Shown piece by piece: positions 37,573-50,968 of a stretch of DNA of 64,000 nucleotides; the first letter of the stretch is position 1; every line of letters begins with the position of its first letter. Position numbers and translations under genes: made by a program. Source of the stretch: Octopus sinensis (Eukaryota); assembly GCF_006345805.1 (NCBI RefSeq), contig NC_043008.1:45322001-45386000 (forward strand). Reading direction: 5' to 3'. The notes beneath the pieces are model-generated. The model was not told the DNA's origin, ran no database searches, and saw nothing but the letters and a program-made list of their open reading frames with translations.

Positions 37573-38181
37573 TCGTCCTCAGCCGCTTGGACTACTGCTC
37601 CCAGCTATGGTCACCACACAATATAAAACTAACAGCAAAGCTCGAAGCAATTCAAAGAAGCTGCACAAAGAAGATCGTCTCAATGCAAAATATCAGCTAC
37701 TGGGAAAGACTGAAAGTATTAAACCTCTTCTCCCTAGAGCGAAGGCGGGAGAGATATGCGGTGATATACATCTGGAAAATCCTGGAGAGTCTTGTCCCAA
37801 ACTTTGGCATTCAAAGTTACCCCAAACGCAGAACGGGGCGCCACTGCATGGTGCCAAAGATTCCAACATCACCATCAAAATACAGGTCCAGATACTACAA
37901 CAGTTTGGGTTTCAGAGGACCACAGCTCTTTAACATCCTCTCTAAATGCCTGAGAGATTTACATGGTGTGGTTGTGGGTTTCTTTAAAACTAAACTGGAT
38001 CTCTTCTTGCCGGGGGTCCAGATGAACCTACCTCACGACAGAAGACACAGATGCGTGCAGCGGCATCGAACTCCCTTGTTGATCAAGTGCCACGTATCAG
38101 AGGTGGATTCACATATTAGTAGGTCATTCAGCGGTGGTGCCCCAGCATGGCCGCGGCCTTCGGGCTAAAACATTTTAAAGG
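37573..38181 (+). mobile_element. CR1-group LINE family B, 3' end
   Basis: [14 protein letters not shown]...[11 protein letters not shown]..., 3' UTR GGTGGTGCCCCAGCATGGCCGCGGCC-TTCG-GGCTAAAAC, then (TA)n. Confidence 0.88.
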
Positions 38182-38196
38182 ATATATATATATATA

Positions 38197-40822
38197 CATC
38201 ACTCATGTGAATACCCAGGTCACGCACTGATTGTGCCTCTGGGATTGCAATCCCTCCGGGTCCAGTGTATTCATTGGGTATTGTATTCAGTTTTGCATGC
38301 TGATAGCATTAAGCTTGAAACTTTGCAGCATTAAACTGCATGCTATTCTTTTCAGCCCATTTGTCCAACTCACATTGCAGGTTCTTAGTGTCTTCAGGGT
38401 TCTGTATTGCCTGTGAACCTTTTGTATCATCTGCATAACTTCTGATCGTGGCTCTCTGCGTGGCTGAGGGCATGTCTGAGAGGGCCATTATGAACAGTAG
38501 TGGTCCCAAAACAGTGCCCTGCGGAACACCGCTCACTATTTGCGTGTTAATGGAAATGGCCCCATTGGCTGTTACCACCTGACTTCTATTCTTCAGAATG
38601 TTATGAAGCCATTCTCCCAATTTTCCAACTATGCCAAGATCACGCAGTTTGTGACATATCATTCCATGATCGACTTTATCAAAGGCCTTTGCAAAGTCGA
38701 GATATATGACTTCCACATTTGAGTGGTTGAGCAGTTGTTTCAGCACCCAGGCATAGTGTTGTAGGAGCTGAGTTAAGCAGCTTCTTCCTGGTCGGAAACC
38801 ATGCTGGGTGTCAGACAGCAAGTCATTTTCTTCAAGGAACATGATTAGTTTATTGCGGACTATTCGTTCCATGACTTTGCTGATGTGTGAGGTCAGAGAG
38901 ATAGGCCTATAATTTTTGGCATTAGCTCTGCGACCTCCCTTATTGATAGGGCATGTTACTTCCTCTTTCAATTTGACTGGGAGCTTACCAGTTGCAAGAA
39001 AGCTCTGAAAAAGAGGTCCAGCAGCTGAGTTTGTATCAATCTCATCAATGGCTAGTGTGATATCATCATCTTCAATGTTGATGTACTCAATTTTTTTTTG
39101 CCTCTTTGGCCGTAGGTAATGTGGCAAAATATTATTCTGGGTTGTTTACTTGCCTGTGTCCTAGAGGTGTAGTGAACACACTTTGGAAATGTTCGTTCAG
39201 TATTTCACTTATCCTCGTGGGATTTCCTGTGAGAGAGCCATCATTTTGGAAGAGAGGTCCTATTTTCTGGTGCACTGTGGCTGTCTCTTTGGCAAACTTA
39301 AAGAAAGCTTTAGTGTTTGATTTTCTATTTTCTATTACCCAAGCTTTTTCATCTGCTCTCTCCTTTTCATGGGACTGGTGCAGAGTTTTCTTAATTTCCA
39401 TTAGCTTTCTCTCTAGGCGAGACTTCTGACCACTTTTGGTGTGCTTGCTCAGGCGATTCGCAATCCTTGTCCATCATCTCATAAGAATCTTCCTTTCTCT
39501 AGGGATCCTGTTTTTGTTTTTGTGTGTGCTGGCCCTGCACACTGGGACATATTTGTCACATATGGCTTGTATTATGGACATGAAGTGTTTGTGTTTCATG
39601 TTAATGTCCGGTGTGGAGAGACATTTAGGCCAATCCTGCTTGAGGATCTCTTTCTCAATCAACTTCCACTTGGCTTTATGAAAGTTTAAGTTGGAGAGAT
39701 GGTGGATGCTTCGTATAGGCTGTGTGTCTGCGGAGGCTTTTGGTCCATACATAGACAGCTCTATTATGTTGTGATCCGAGATCATTGTCGGCATCACATT
39801 AACATTATGGTTAATATCCATATTGATTGTGAAGCATAGATCTAGTATATTATCTGCCCTTGTTGGTTGTAGAACTATTTGCTCCATGAAAGAGGCATTT
39901 GTGAGATGGAGCAGGGTCTCTGCCTGTACCTGCTGATGGTGTGTCATCCCTGAGAGCATCTGCCTCCCTGGTGGGCGATATGCAGTGCATATGACGATAT
40001 TCAGTTCTCTTATGTGTACAATTTGAGTGTCACACACTGAGTTTTAATATGACATTAGGACCTGGGACGTGAGGTCATCTCGGATGTACTTTGCAACTCC
40101 ACCATGGCTCCTCCCTTTTCTATCTGAGCGTATGATTGCATATTGCGGCATGTGTATTTCTGCATCCCCTATACCGTGTCCGAGATGCGTTTCTGTGAGT
40201 GCCATGCATATAGCTTGATTGCATGTCACAAGGTCTCTCAGGAATGAGAGTTTCCTTTTACAGTTGCCGCGCAGCAGCCCTTCTACGTTCAGTAGAAAAT
40301 ATTTTTGTGGTGTGTGTGTTGGTGTCTGTGGTGGCCATCCTGCATTTGTTGATGGTGGCCTTATGTGGTGGTAGTTCCAGCATTGTGCTTGTAGCCAGGT
40401 CAGCTGCTGAACAATTTTTTGCGCCATGCACAAAAAGATTGCTGTTCAGCTGCTGCCCTTCTCACATCTGGGTGAAGCTGGTCATTTTATAGGTTACCGC
40501 GCACTACATCCGCATATCGTCTTTCAGGTGTGGTCAGTGCGCTATTTTTCCTTCTTTTATATTTTTCTTTTATTTTATCTCTTTGTTCTCCCCGAGGGAA
40601 GGATTTTTGTCTCGTGTCCGTGGGGTTTTGGTAGGGCTTCTGATGTGCAAAGCGACAGTTTGCACCTTCGACGCCGTGCCAGCAGTCCCCCTTCAGGTAG
40701 AATTTGCAGATGTTTCTGCCTTTGCCCTTATAGTTCTTGCTGGGGTTCTTTTGGTTTTCTGAACAGTGTTTGTTTTGGTTCTCATTTTCTTGTCTTTTAC
40801 TCTTGTTTCCCATTAATTTTAG
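38197..40822 (-). mobile_element. CR1-group LINE family B, 5' and central part (CCCH finger, APE, RT), 3'-truncated, degenerate
   Basis: ICKFYLKGDCWHGVEGANCRFAH; LLNVEGL...LTETHL...RSDRKGRSHGGV, AYRPP, NILDLCFT, SDH; RT with YADD. Ends at LGIHMSD. Confidence 0.88.
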
Positions 40823-41037
40823 ATACATATATATATACATATATATTTACATATGTACATATAGATGCATATATATATACATATGTATATACATATATAT
40901 TCACATATATATATACATATATATTTACATATATATATACATATGTATATACATATATATTTACATATATATATACATATATATTTACATATATATATAT
41001 ATAAATACATATATATTTACATATATACATATATACA

Positions 41038-41068
<31 letters not shown>

Positions 41069-41109
41069 AGATACGTATATATTCATATATCTATAGATAC
41101 GTATATATT

Positions 41110-41221
41110 CATATATATATATATATACGTATATATTCATATATATATATATATATACGTATATATTCATATATATATATATATATACACATATATTTAT
41201 AGATTCATATATATATACACA

Positions 41222-41252
<31 letters not shown>

Positions 41253-41541
41253 GTATATATATATACATATATTTATAAATACATATATATATACTTATAA
41301 ATATATACACATATACATATATTTATAGATACATATGTATATACACATACATATATATACACATACATATATATACATATATATATACTCATATATATAT
41401 ATACACACACATATATATACACATATATATATACACATATATATATACATATATATATATACACATATATATATACACATATATATACATATATATAATA
41501 TACGTATATATATATATATGACATAAACACATACACACACC

Positions 41542-41607
<66 letters not shown>

Positions 41608-41960
41608 GGTGTGTATGTGTTTATGTCATATATTATATATATACGTATATTATATATATGTATATATATATGTGTATATATATATGTGTATATATATATA
41701 TGTATATATATATATATGTGTATATATATATGTGTATATATATGTGTGTGTGTATAATATATATGAGTATATATATATGTATATATATGTATGTGTATAT
41801 ATATGTATGTGTATATACATATGTATCTATAAATATATGTATATGTGTATATATTTATAAGTATATATATATGTATTTATAAATATATGTATATATATAT
41901 ACATATATATATATATATTATATATATATATATATGTGTATATATATATGAATCTATAAA

Positions 41961-42004
<44 letters not shown>

Positions 42005-42045
42005 TATATACGTATATATATATATATATATGAATATATATAATA
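41110..42045. repeat. Inverted duplication of low-complexity TA/CA sequence centred on (TA)n at ~41557-41589
   Basis: The distinctive interruptions (ACATAAACACATACACACACCC, TTTATAGATACATATG, TTTATAGATTCAT) recur in mirror order. Confidence 0.75.
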
Positions 42046-43279
42046 TATATATATTATATATATACATGTAGTAGAGATGACTCGGAAGTCGTTGCTCTTC
42101 GATTACTATCGTAAACACCAGTAGGTTTATTGAGCTGAATACACATCTTTAATTGGTTAAAATTAACTAAGTACGACAAATTTAACTCGGAAGAACTTCT
42201 AAAATACCAAAGTTTCCAAAATTGTTGAAATTAAACCCTGTTCAGTATGAGAAATTTCTTCAATGTACGAAATTTGAAACTGTTTAGTTAAAAAAAATAA
42301 TTAAAAAATCTTCAAGCCAAAGTGAAATGCTCCGCAGATTTGAACGCAGAACTTTACAAAGATGGACTACTACCGAAGATCATCTATTCCTCTGCAAATC
42401 CACCCCCGAAAAAATACAAATGACTGAGTGAGGAGAAAGAATGAATGGACGAAAGAATGGCAGTTGTGGTTATCGAACCAATCGCGATTTAATTTGAGAT
42501 GTGGAGTTGGTGATCTGTCGGAGAACGTCATAAAATAAATGATCTCCTACCATTTTTATGTCTAACGGAAATTCTCACTAACCCCCCATATTCTTTCTCT
42601 CTCCCTTTCTCGGGACCTCATTTCTGACTGAGTCAAAGGATGAAAGGCAGCTCCAAGGACTTAAGGTGGGTTCGAGACGAGTGGAGGGAAAAGGAGAATA
42701 GGTAACATGTCTAATGAGTTTGCACAGTAGGAAGGAGCGGGGCATCTATTCTCTGGTAGAATATCGGGTCAGACTAATTGTAGAGGAAATTTGTAACTGA
42801 TCTAAAGGTACTTCAGGATTGGAAAAGGTGTTTAAATGAGAGAAAGACTAAGTTGTTATCCAACGTAGATACAGTCTGGTATTTCGTATTTTACCTTTAC
42901 TTAATTTCACTCGCAACTGTTAGATCAACATTAAAATCAAACGAGCTTACCTACCATGCAGTGTGATGGGAACAGAAGCCATTTGAATGCGAAACAAACT
43001 TAACTGCATAGCCATGTGAGTGACATCTAGGCTAATCAATTTTATTTAAATTTGATTTGATATAATAGAACCACTTACAATAGCTACTATCGTTTCAACT
43101 TTGATAAAACTAAACCCAGGTTACCCTCATTATAAAAAAGTCGAGAAAAATAGGGAAATTTTAGTTGATATTTTTGTGAAACCGTATTTACAACTAGTGG
43201 CATATAGAAAGCAAGCTTGAAATTGTTTTAGGTTATTTAAATACTATATAAAATAAGTAGTTTGTGTACATTGCTTGCC

Positions 43280-43310
<31 letters not shown>

Positions 43311-43989
43311 GCGCGCGTGTGTGTGTGTGTATGTAGAATGTTGAAAAGTGACACAGAATTTTTGATATGCATAAAGAAAATAAAACATGGTAGAAAATGC
43401 TGAAATAATTTTATTTAGTTTCTGTCTAATCGACTTTTTCAACTATGAGTAATACAAAGGTGGATATTAGTTAAGAAGAAACACAATTAACTTGAAGAAC
43501 AAATTAAAGGTAATGTTTTGTAAATATTTCCATAGTATTGAAATAGGAAGTACATTTTCCTTTTTTCTTCCCCCCTCTCTCTCTTTACTTTTGTGAAGGC
43601 TCGTAAGGTAGGTAGTAGCAGATCTGAAAAACTGCGTCTCTGGGTGCAGATTTATAATTGGTTCTGAAGTTTAATGATTTGAACAGCAGCAGCCGAAGGA
43701 GGGGAAGGAAAAGGAGGGGAAGAAAAAGAGGAGGTAACAGAAGGAGATGAAGGATAAGAAGAGAAAGTAGAAGAGAAAGAAAAGAAGGGAGTGGTATTAT
43801 CCAGTAGTACAGGTTGTCCATGGAACATAATTTAATGGTGAAGTGTCCTCAAGGTGACCTATTGTGGTTGTAGCAGTAGTGGTAGGAACTCTTCTGAATA
43901 AATTTGAGGGTAGCAACTATTCTTAATACATCTATCGTTTTAATGCTTCTGTGGGTATTATTCTAAGATCCCTGTAGTAGTATCATCTG

Positions 43990-45250
43990 TGGTGGAAGCA
44001 TGTAAAAGAGGTTTATATTATGCAATAAAATATGATACTTTGCTAATGCGCTGATTATAGGTTGCATTGCCCCTAAATTTATAGAAAAGAAAAATTCTAA
44101 AGTTGGGTTATTTAGGATCTTTTCCTTTTGAAGGCCAGATTTCAACACACTTTCTAGCTAACTAAACACTTTTAAACTTCGTATACTGGTAGAATGTGTT
44201 TATAAAACATCATTTTTTCTAGGCTTTATTGAGAAAATTCTATGTATTGTAAGATATTTCGTCTGAAAATCCGGCAATTTTAACCAATCGATTACCTCCA
44301 TTTAGGTAAACAACATTTGCTGCATCTAAAACTGAAACAACATCCTGTAACTAACCCTAACCCTAATTTTTTTTCTTAATTATTAAACTAATTTAATTGT
44401 TACGCGTGTAAAAAAAACCCGAAAGCAATGGAAAGTGATTTAAACAATTAACAATCAAAATAATTCTATAATTTTATACACACGCTTTCCGTACGTATAA
44501 AATTATAGAATTATTTTGAATGTTAATTGTTTAAATCACTTTCCATTGCTTTCGGTTTTTTTTTTACACGCGTAACAATTAAATTAATTTAACAATTAAG
44601 AAAAACAAAATTAGGGTTAGGGTTAGTTACAGGATGTTGTCCCAGTTTTAGACGCAGCAAATGATTTTAGCTCAAAAGAGAGCATAGGATTGGTTAAAAT
44701 TCGAAAAATTAAACTACGTTAAACAAACAAATTACAATTTCCTCAAGAAAGCCAAGAGAAAAAAATGTTTTATTTTGACACATTCTACCACTATACGAAG
44801 TTTTAAAGTGTTTAGTTAACTAGAAATTGTGTTGAAATCTGGCCTTCTAAAGGAAAAGATCCGTTATTTATTCGTGGTACAAATGTCGATGTGTACACTT
44901 AATGTTATTTTCCTGTATTCCAATATTTTAATCTGGGATCTATGTATGGTCATCTTCTGGCGTAGACTGCTTTTAGTTCGACACCCTGAGCAAGTTAACA
45001 TATATATCAGGTTCTCCAAAGCTGGTGTAAAGTTGTTTTTCACTGTAAAACGTTGACCCTGTTTAAAGGAGAACTCCGATCCCTCAACTAGATTGACGCA
45101 TAATACCACAATTAGGTCTTCCTCATATTTTTCTTATTGTCGGTTGTTGTTGACGAGTGTACGTGGGCTTCTGTTAGAATACTTTTCATTGAACTGGTCT
45201 GTATTTTGCACTTTATGGTGGTGTGCGTTTAGAGAATTTGATTCATTCTA
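43990..45250 (-). mobile_element. Penelope-like element, GIY-YIG endonuclease C-terminal remnant, split by the foldback at 44115-44862
   Basis: SMKSILTEAH...CVNLVEGSEFSFKQGQRFTVKNNFT...NLIYMLTCSGC...SLRQKMTIHRSQIK...LSVHIDIC, resuming after the insertion as ...FRIFLFYKFRGNATYNQRISKVSYFIA*YKPLL. Confidence 0.8.
44115..44862. mobile_element. Foldback/MITE, ~370-bp imperfect TIRs, GG...CC termini, 8-bp TSD GTTATTTA
   Basis: TSD at 44107-44114 and 44863-44870. Arms are reverse-complementary around ~44488 and each contains (TAACCC)2. Confidence 0.9.
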
Positions 45251-45717
45251 TGGGCCATATTTAGGACATTCTATGGCCCCTTCTTGACTTGATTCATTCT
45301 ACGGTCCCTTCCGCTTCTTTTCTGTCTTCTCCTTCCTTTTCATCTCCTTCATCTTGACAGCTGCTGATCAAAGCATCAAAATTCAGAACCAAATATATCT
45401 CCGCACCCATAAACTCAGTTTTTTCAGATCTGATACTACCTACCTTACGCGCATTCACAAAGAAAAAGAGAGACAGAGAAAAAAAAGAGGAAAGTGTCCT
45501 ACCTAATTGAAGACAATGGAAATATTTACAAAACATTTCGTTTAATGTTTTCCTTCAATTTAATTGTTTTTTCTTAATTAATGTACACCCTTGTTTTAGT
45601 TGAAAAAGTCGAAAAGTCAGAAACCGGTATTAACCGTTACAAAAGGTATTTCAGGATAAAATTATTTTAGCATTTTCTACCTTATCTATTTTCCTTATAG
45701 ATAACCCTAACCCTATA

Positions 45718-46070
45718 AGCGCAGAAGTGGCTGTGTGGTAAATAGCTTGCTAACCAGGCACATGGTTGCGGGTTCAGTCTCACTGCGTAACACCTTGGGC
45801 AAGTGCTTGTGAGTGGATTTGGTAGGCGGAAACTGAAAGAAGCCCGTCTTATATATATATATATATATATATATATGGGTGTGTGTGTGTCCATTTTGTC
45901 CCCCCCCCCACCATCGCTTGACAACCGATGCTGCTGTGTTTACGTGAGACCGATAGAATAAGTACTAGGTTTACAAAGAATATGTCCTGGGGTCGATTTT
46001 CTCGACTAAAGTCGGTGCTCCAACTTGGCCGCAGTCAAATGACTGAAACAAGTAAAATAATAAAAAATAA
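45718..46070 (+). mobile_element. tRNA-headed SINE family S3 (GTGGCTGTGTGG head, CORE-like CACCTTGGGCAAGTG, internal (TA)(TG) repeat, LINE-type tail)
   Basis: A/B-box-like motifs. Tail GTCGGTGCTCCAACTTGGCCGCAGTC-AAAT-GACTGAAAC. Confidence 0.85.
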
Positions 46071-46302
46071 AAGAACATATATTGGTAGTTTTAATCATTG
46101 TACTTCTGACAATTGATAGTAAGACGCATTTGTTGTTTTTATTGAAACTGCTGCTCTTATTAACCCACCTTAGCTGAATGTTTATTGAAATTGTTCACAG
46201 ACAAATACAAGCAACGGATATACGGCATGGCTTCTTATATGAACTATCACACCTGAATCTATTTTATTAGCATCTCCGTTTTGCTATAAATATGTGAAAA
46301 TA

Positions 46303-46490
46303 TATTCTGTTGTGTCTGGGGAGAGTCATTTTCTTTATGTGTCTTATAATATAACACACTCACCGGTAAAATTTACACTTTTTTCTTATTTTTATTTTTC
46401 TAAAATTTTCGTTGCGTCTTGCAACCTTTTCAAGTGTGTTATATTATAAGGCACAAAAAGAAAATGACTCTCCCCAGACACAACAGAATA
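46303..46490. mobile_element. Small MITE, ~57-bp TIRs, probable TA TSD
   Basis: TTCTGTTGTGTCTGGGGAGAGTCATTTTCTTT...ATAATATAACACACT is mirrored at 46432-46488. Confidence 0.8.
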
Positions 46491-47739
46491 TGCTTCAACA
46501 CACGAACTCATAAAGAATCTTGCAAACCATATCCCAAAACAAAATATATTCTGTTTTTAGGAAACATGATTTATTTGCAAAACTGTTACAATTAGAAATA
46601 TGTTGACTAGAGAAAATGCTGCCAATTAATGTGCATTAGTTGAAACTAATGTATTTTGTGGAAATCCATCCGACTCTACATGTCGCAAATGCGAGAAAAC
46701 GTGAATGTATCCATTTCACTGGACGTCAACAAAAGGACTGTCATTAATACAGGAATATCGACAACGACGTTAATAAAGTTGTGTTGAATAGATTACAAAA
46801 ACAACCGGTTATAATTATTTCCATTTTAAAAATTGTATTGTTTTTATTGAAAAAGGCGTGTGTGTGTGTTTTTGTATGTATGTATGTGTGTGTGTGTGTG
46901 GTGGTTTGAGTTTAGATACGTGAAAACAAAAATATTAGAAACTGAAGACGGTCAGATTATGGTTGGACAAAATGTAGGAAAAATAACCATTAAACAATAC
47001 AAGAAAAAATACTCCACTTAATATCTAGTCCTAAAATAGTGTTTTGCTTATCTAAATTCTAAACGCAGCTAATCTGATTATGTTTCTTTAAATATCGAAT
47101 GAAGAATTTTGTTTATGGACTTAATTTCATTCAACATTTAGTAATCTATTTAGGGAAGAAAGTCGATAAGAAAATGGAGTATGGAAATAAAAGAACAAAA
47201 CAAAGTAAAAAAGGAATATAAGATAATGGAGCAGGATAAGGATAATACAATCATGTCACAAATATTTTAAAACTCATCCACACAAATTGAATAGAATTGA
47301 GGAATATAAATATCTTGGTAAGGAATTTATGGTTTAGAGGAAAGTACATGTTAGACATAAAAAAAGAATATTAAGTACAGAATAAAAATGAAATTACTTT
47401 TCTCCTTCGGGAATTTATATTTTAGGAAAGCAAGAATAATGAAAACTATACGACGTTATGTAATTGATGAATGCATTTACGTTGAAATGCTCGAAACATA
47501 AAAAATAATTATACAATACTAGAAGCAAATAGAAATTACGGAAGGACAAAATGTAAAATGTCTTATATCTTTAACAAATACCGTTATCAAAAGCTAAAAT
47601 GTTATCGTTTCTTTCTACCACCAATGCAACAACAAAAATAATAACAGCAATAATAATAATAATGATAACAATACCTTACAACTGATACTTGATTTATGAG
47701 AGAAATGTCAAGAATTGACTCTAAACATAACGACGATAA

Positions 47740-49480
47740 TAGAAATGGAACTTATAGTCATGACGTGCATCCGTCCATTGTTCTGTGGGATAACAGCGCG
47801 AGTCCGGTCGTAATCACGCTACTGCTAAGCAACAGAGTCAAAAAAATATTAGTATGGTTTAGAGAGGACAATAAATTGTTGTTTGAATATTTCATCAGGA
47901 GTCAACCAGAGAATGAGGTTATACAAAAAGATTAACAAATCCCTGGAAGAATGTTACCACCAAGATTAGGTAGAGTTATCTGAGTGAACGGAGACTGGCC
48001 CATTAAACTAGACAAAGTAAGATCAAGTATTAGCTAGAAAAAATGGAGCAAGGGGAAATTCCACTTGTTAACAGAAATGAACTGGTGAATATCATTGTTC
48101 CAGAAGAAATGTGTGTTGTATATGGAAGAAAAAAAACAGCTGTGGAGGACCACGGTTCACCTAGAGCTGAACTACCAAAAGAAATCAGTCCAGAATTAGT
48201 TGCCCTCTGTGACAAAAAAATTCTAGAAGTAATACTTTATGAAGAGAGAGAAGAATTGAAACCTTTGTGAAAGGAGGAAACTGGAATCAGAGGTTGAGAA
48301 AGCGAATGAAGTGGTTCTGGGAATTCTAACTAATGACATCACAGAGTTGAATTATTTGATGTATGCTGCTGCATAACTTATCACGGAAGGAATAGGGATG
48401 CTGAAGGAAAGAGGAAGTGATGTGAAGAAGCATTCTGGAGAGGTAAAATCAAAAGAAACATCGTGAGAAGGAGAAAGGATTTAAGATGGAAAAAGTAAGA
48501 GGTGGAAATATGATTCAAGCAAAGTGCAACAGAATGACATGAATAGGAAGCACCATCTGGACGAAAATGGAATTCCGTCTCAGAAAGGTTAAAACAAAAG
48601 TGCGTGAAATTGAGATCGAAAGGGACGAGGAAAAGGGACCAAACAAAACCAATTATTTGGAACTAACCAGAAACTGTTCTACGAAACTTCAAATAGAAGA
48701 AAATGAGAAGTGCAGAGTTAACCTTATCTCCACAGAAGTATCTTCGTTTTGGAGCAAGCTTTGATCAGAGGAAGTGAAATACGATGAGAGGGCAATTTAG
48801 TTTGAAAGAGTCACACAGGAATTCAATGACAATGGGGCGCACGATGTCATTACCGTTATTATCGGTATTATTAAGACGGCCAACTAGGAGACAGCCAGCC
48901 CTGGCATAATTCAAGGATTTTGTTAAAGAGAAGGCCGAATTAAGTTGCATTCAAAGCTACAAGTGTCTTCGCTTCTCGAAATTGCAAATTAGCGTATTGA
49001 TAAAAGAGCAGAAATGTCTTTGTGTAGAATGCTTGGAGTCTCACATAAAAAAGCGATCGGGTGTACTGGAATATGTGCATGAGGTTCGGACTAGAATATA
49101 CCGAAAAATAGTATGCACTTCAATTCTTGCCAGTTCCAGAGAATGGTCATGTGAAATTCACGTGGGGAATGACAATCTGCACAGTTAATCGACAAGATCT
49201 CACTCTTCTATGAAAAGAGAACAAAAGAATAGACCTTCATTGACATAGCGGTACGGGCAAATCAGAACATAATGAAAACAGAGTAAGAAGTCGAAAGTTA
49301 TTGCTTGGCCTTTGAAGTGGAAGATATTCTAAGATCCTCAGAAGTAAGGTGATTCCCATTGTGTCAGGTACTAACCGAACAATCTCATGGAACACAAAAA
49401 TCTGGGATGAGAAGTTGAAACAACAAGACAGCATGTAGTTGGTGACCATACTCGGGACAGCGCATGTCTTCATGAAAGTA
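47740..49480 (+). mobile_element. R4/Dong-like element: N-terminal region joined to the REL-endonuclease end, RT deleted, degenerate
   Basis: WFREDNKLLFEYFIRSQPE, NDITELNYLMYAAA, SSFWSKL*SEE, then HDRVYWNMC..., FIDIAV...NIMKTE, VIPIVSG. Confidence 0.7.
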
Positions 49481-49539
49481 CTGTATCTTTAAATAAAAGG
49501 AATGAACTAAAACATGACAATGACAACCCAGAAAAACAT

Positions 49540-49945
49540 GAAATCTGTAGACAATCGCATTAACATAAGAAATGAGAAGGTGCCTGGAGGGCTGTGAAAC
49601 GTGGTTCTTAAGAATATTGAAGACAGCATGGAAAAAGTGCCTGATAAGGAACTGATGAGCTGGGTTGCGGTAAATAGGAAACTGCCTCGTGAGGAAAAAA
49701 CCAAGCAACTGAGATTTTTGGATCATGTGACGTGAACAAAAGATCTGGAGAATTTAGCGATGACTGGAAAGACTGGAGGGAAAAGAAGCAGAGGAAAGAA
49801 AAGAATGGATGTCAAGCTGGATGGACGGGTTGGAGGAAATATGCATTAAACTTCAAGGAGTGGAACCGTTACAGAAAACAAGGAATAGAGAATTGTAGCA
49901 AGATATGATTGTCTTTGTGCTAAACTCTGCACATGGCAACCAAAG
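49540..49945 (+). mobile_element. RTE-clade LINE 3' fragment
   Basis: EMRRCLEGCETWFLRIL...KQLRFLDHVT*TKDLENLAMTGKTGGKRSRGK. Confidence 0.75.
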
Positions 49946-50214
49946 AAAAATAATTTTGACGCTTGCAAATATTGTTGGATTTGAAGTATTCGTAGAGGTA
50001 GTTGTAGTCGCGTTCTTAATACGCCATGGAGAAAGTTAATTATGATGAGAAGCCGATGCTTTTAAGGCACAAGAAAGCTGAGAATACTGAAATTCTAACA
50101 ATTGCACGTCCTGTATAAGTGCCAATATATTAATAATGAATATTGCTAAAGCATTGAAACGTACGTGAATGTAATCAGATAGCACAATTAAGATTAGAAG
50201 CGCAGACAAGCGGT

Positions 50215-50420
50215 AGAACAGCGTTGGAATTTTAACCAAGTGTTAAAATCTAAGTGACAGAAAAACGGTATGAACATCAACCAGAGGCTGTGATACCGAA
50301 TAAATACATGATTATATGGAATTATTTTCCTTTGCGATTGACTATAATGTTGAAGTAAGGAAACCAGATACGATTGTTGAGGGTAAAAATGGAACCAAGG
50401 TGATTTCGTAAAGGATAGAG
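50215..50420 (+). mobile_element. R4/Dong-like REL fragment
   Basis: KRYEHQPEAVI...IIWNY...NVEVRKPDTIV. Confidence 0.6.
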
Positions 50421-50968
50421 GCTGGTTTTTCTAACTTCAACGGCACATATGCTACAAAGATTTACCACATACATCATTGGCGATCTCTCGCGTATATGTG
50501 CGACCATTTTTGGCGTTGAGTATCTGCAAAAAGTTTACTTGCTTTTGTTCGTATCAACAAATAATATACACGATATGACACACATGTGTTTACACTCACT
50601 CACATACTGATGTTTATGCGTATATATATACGCGCACACACTCATATACACAAACTAAATTACACTCATGCATACACAGCCTTACAGACAAATACACGTA
50701 CATATGCATACAATAGAATGTATACAATAATGAATACACACACAATCGTGCGTGCATGTATATAAACATAACATATCGCCCAAGTGGTGTATGTATTTAT
50801 TATTGTGTCACGTATTTTCTTATCTTCATAAGAAAGTACGTGGTAACATATGTTTTTACATGGGTGAATATATCCCACATAGGTGGGCATGATTTCCATA
50901 TGTGTGCATATATATATGCCCAGATGAAAAAGAAAAGGAAAAATTGGTTATATTGCTCTATCTATGCT

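Noticed and set aside
37573-40822. Twin-priming explanation for the opposite-strand family B pieces
   Set aside because: Twin priming places the inverted 5' part upstream of the 3' part. Here the 3' tail abuts the internal truncation, so the geometry does not fit.
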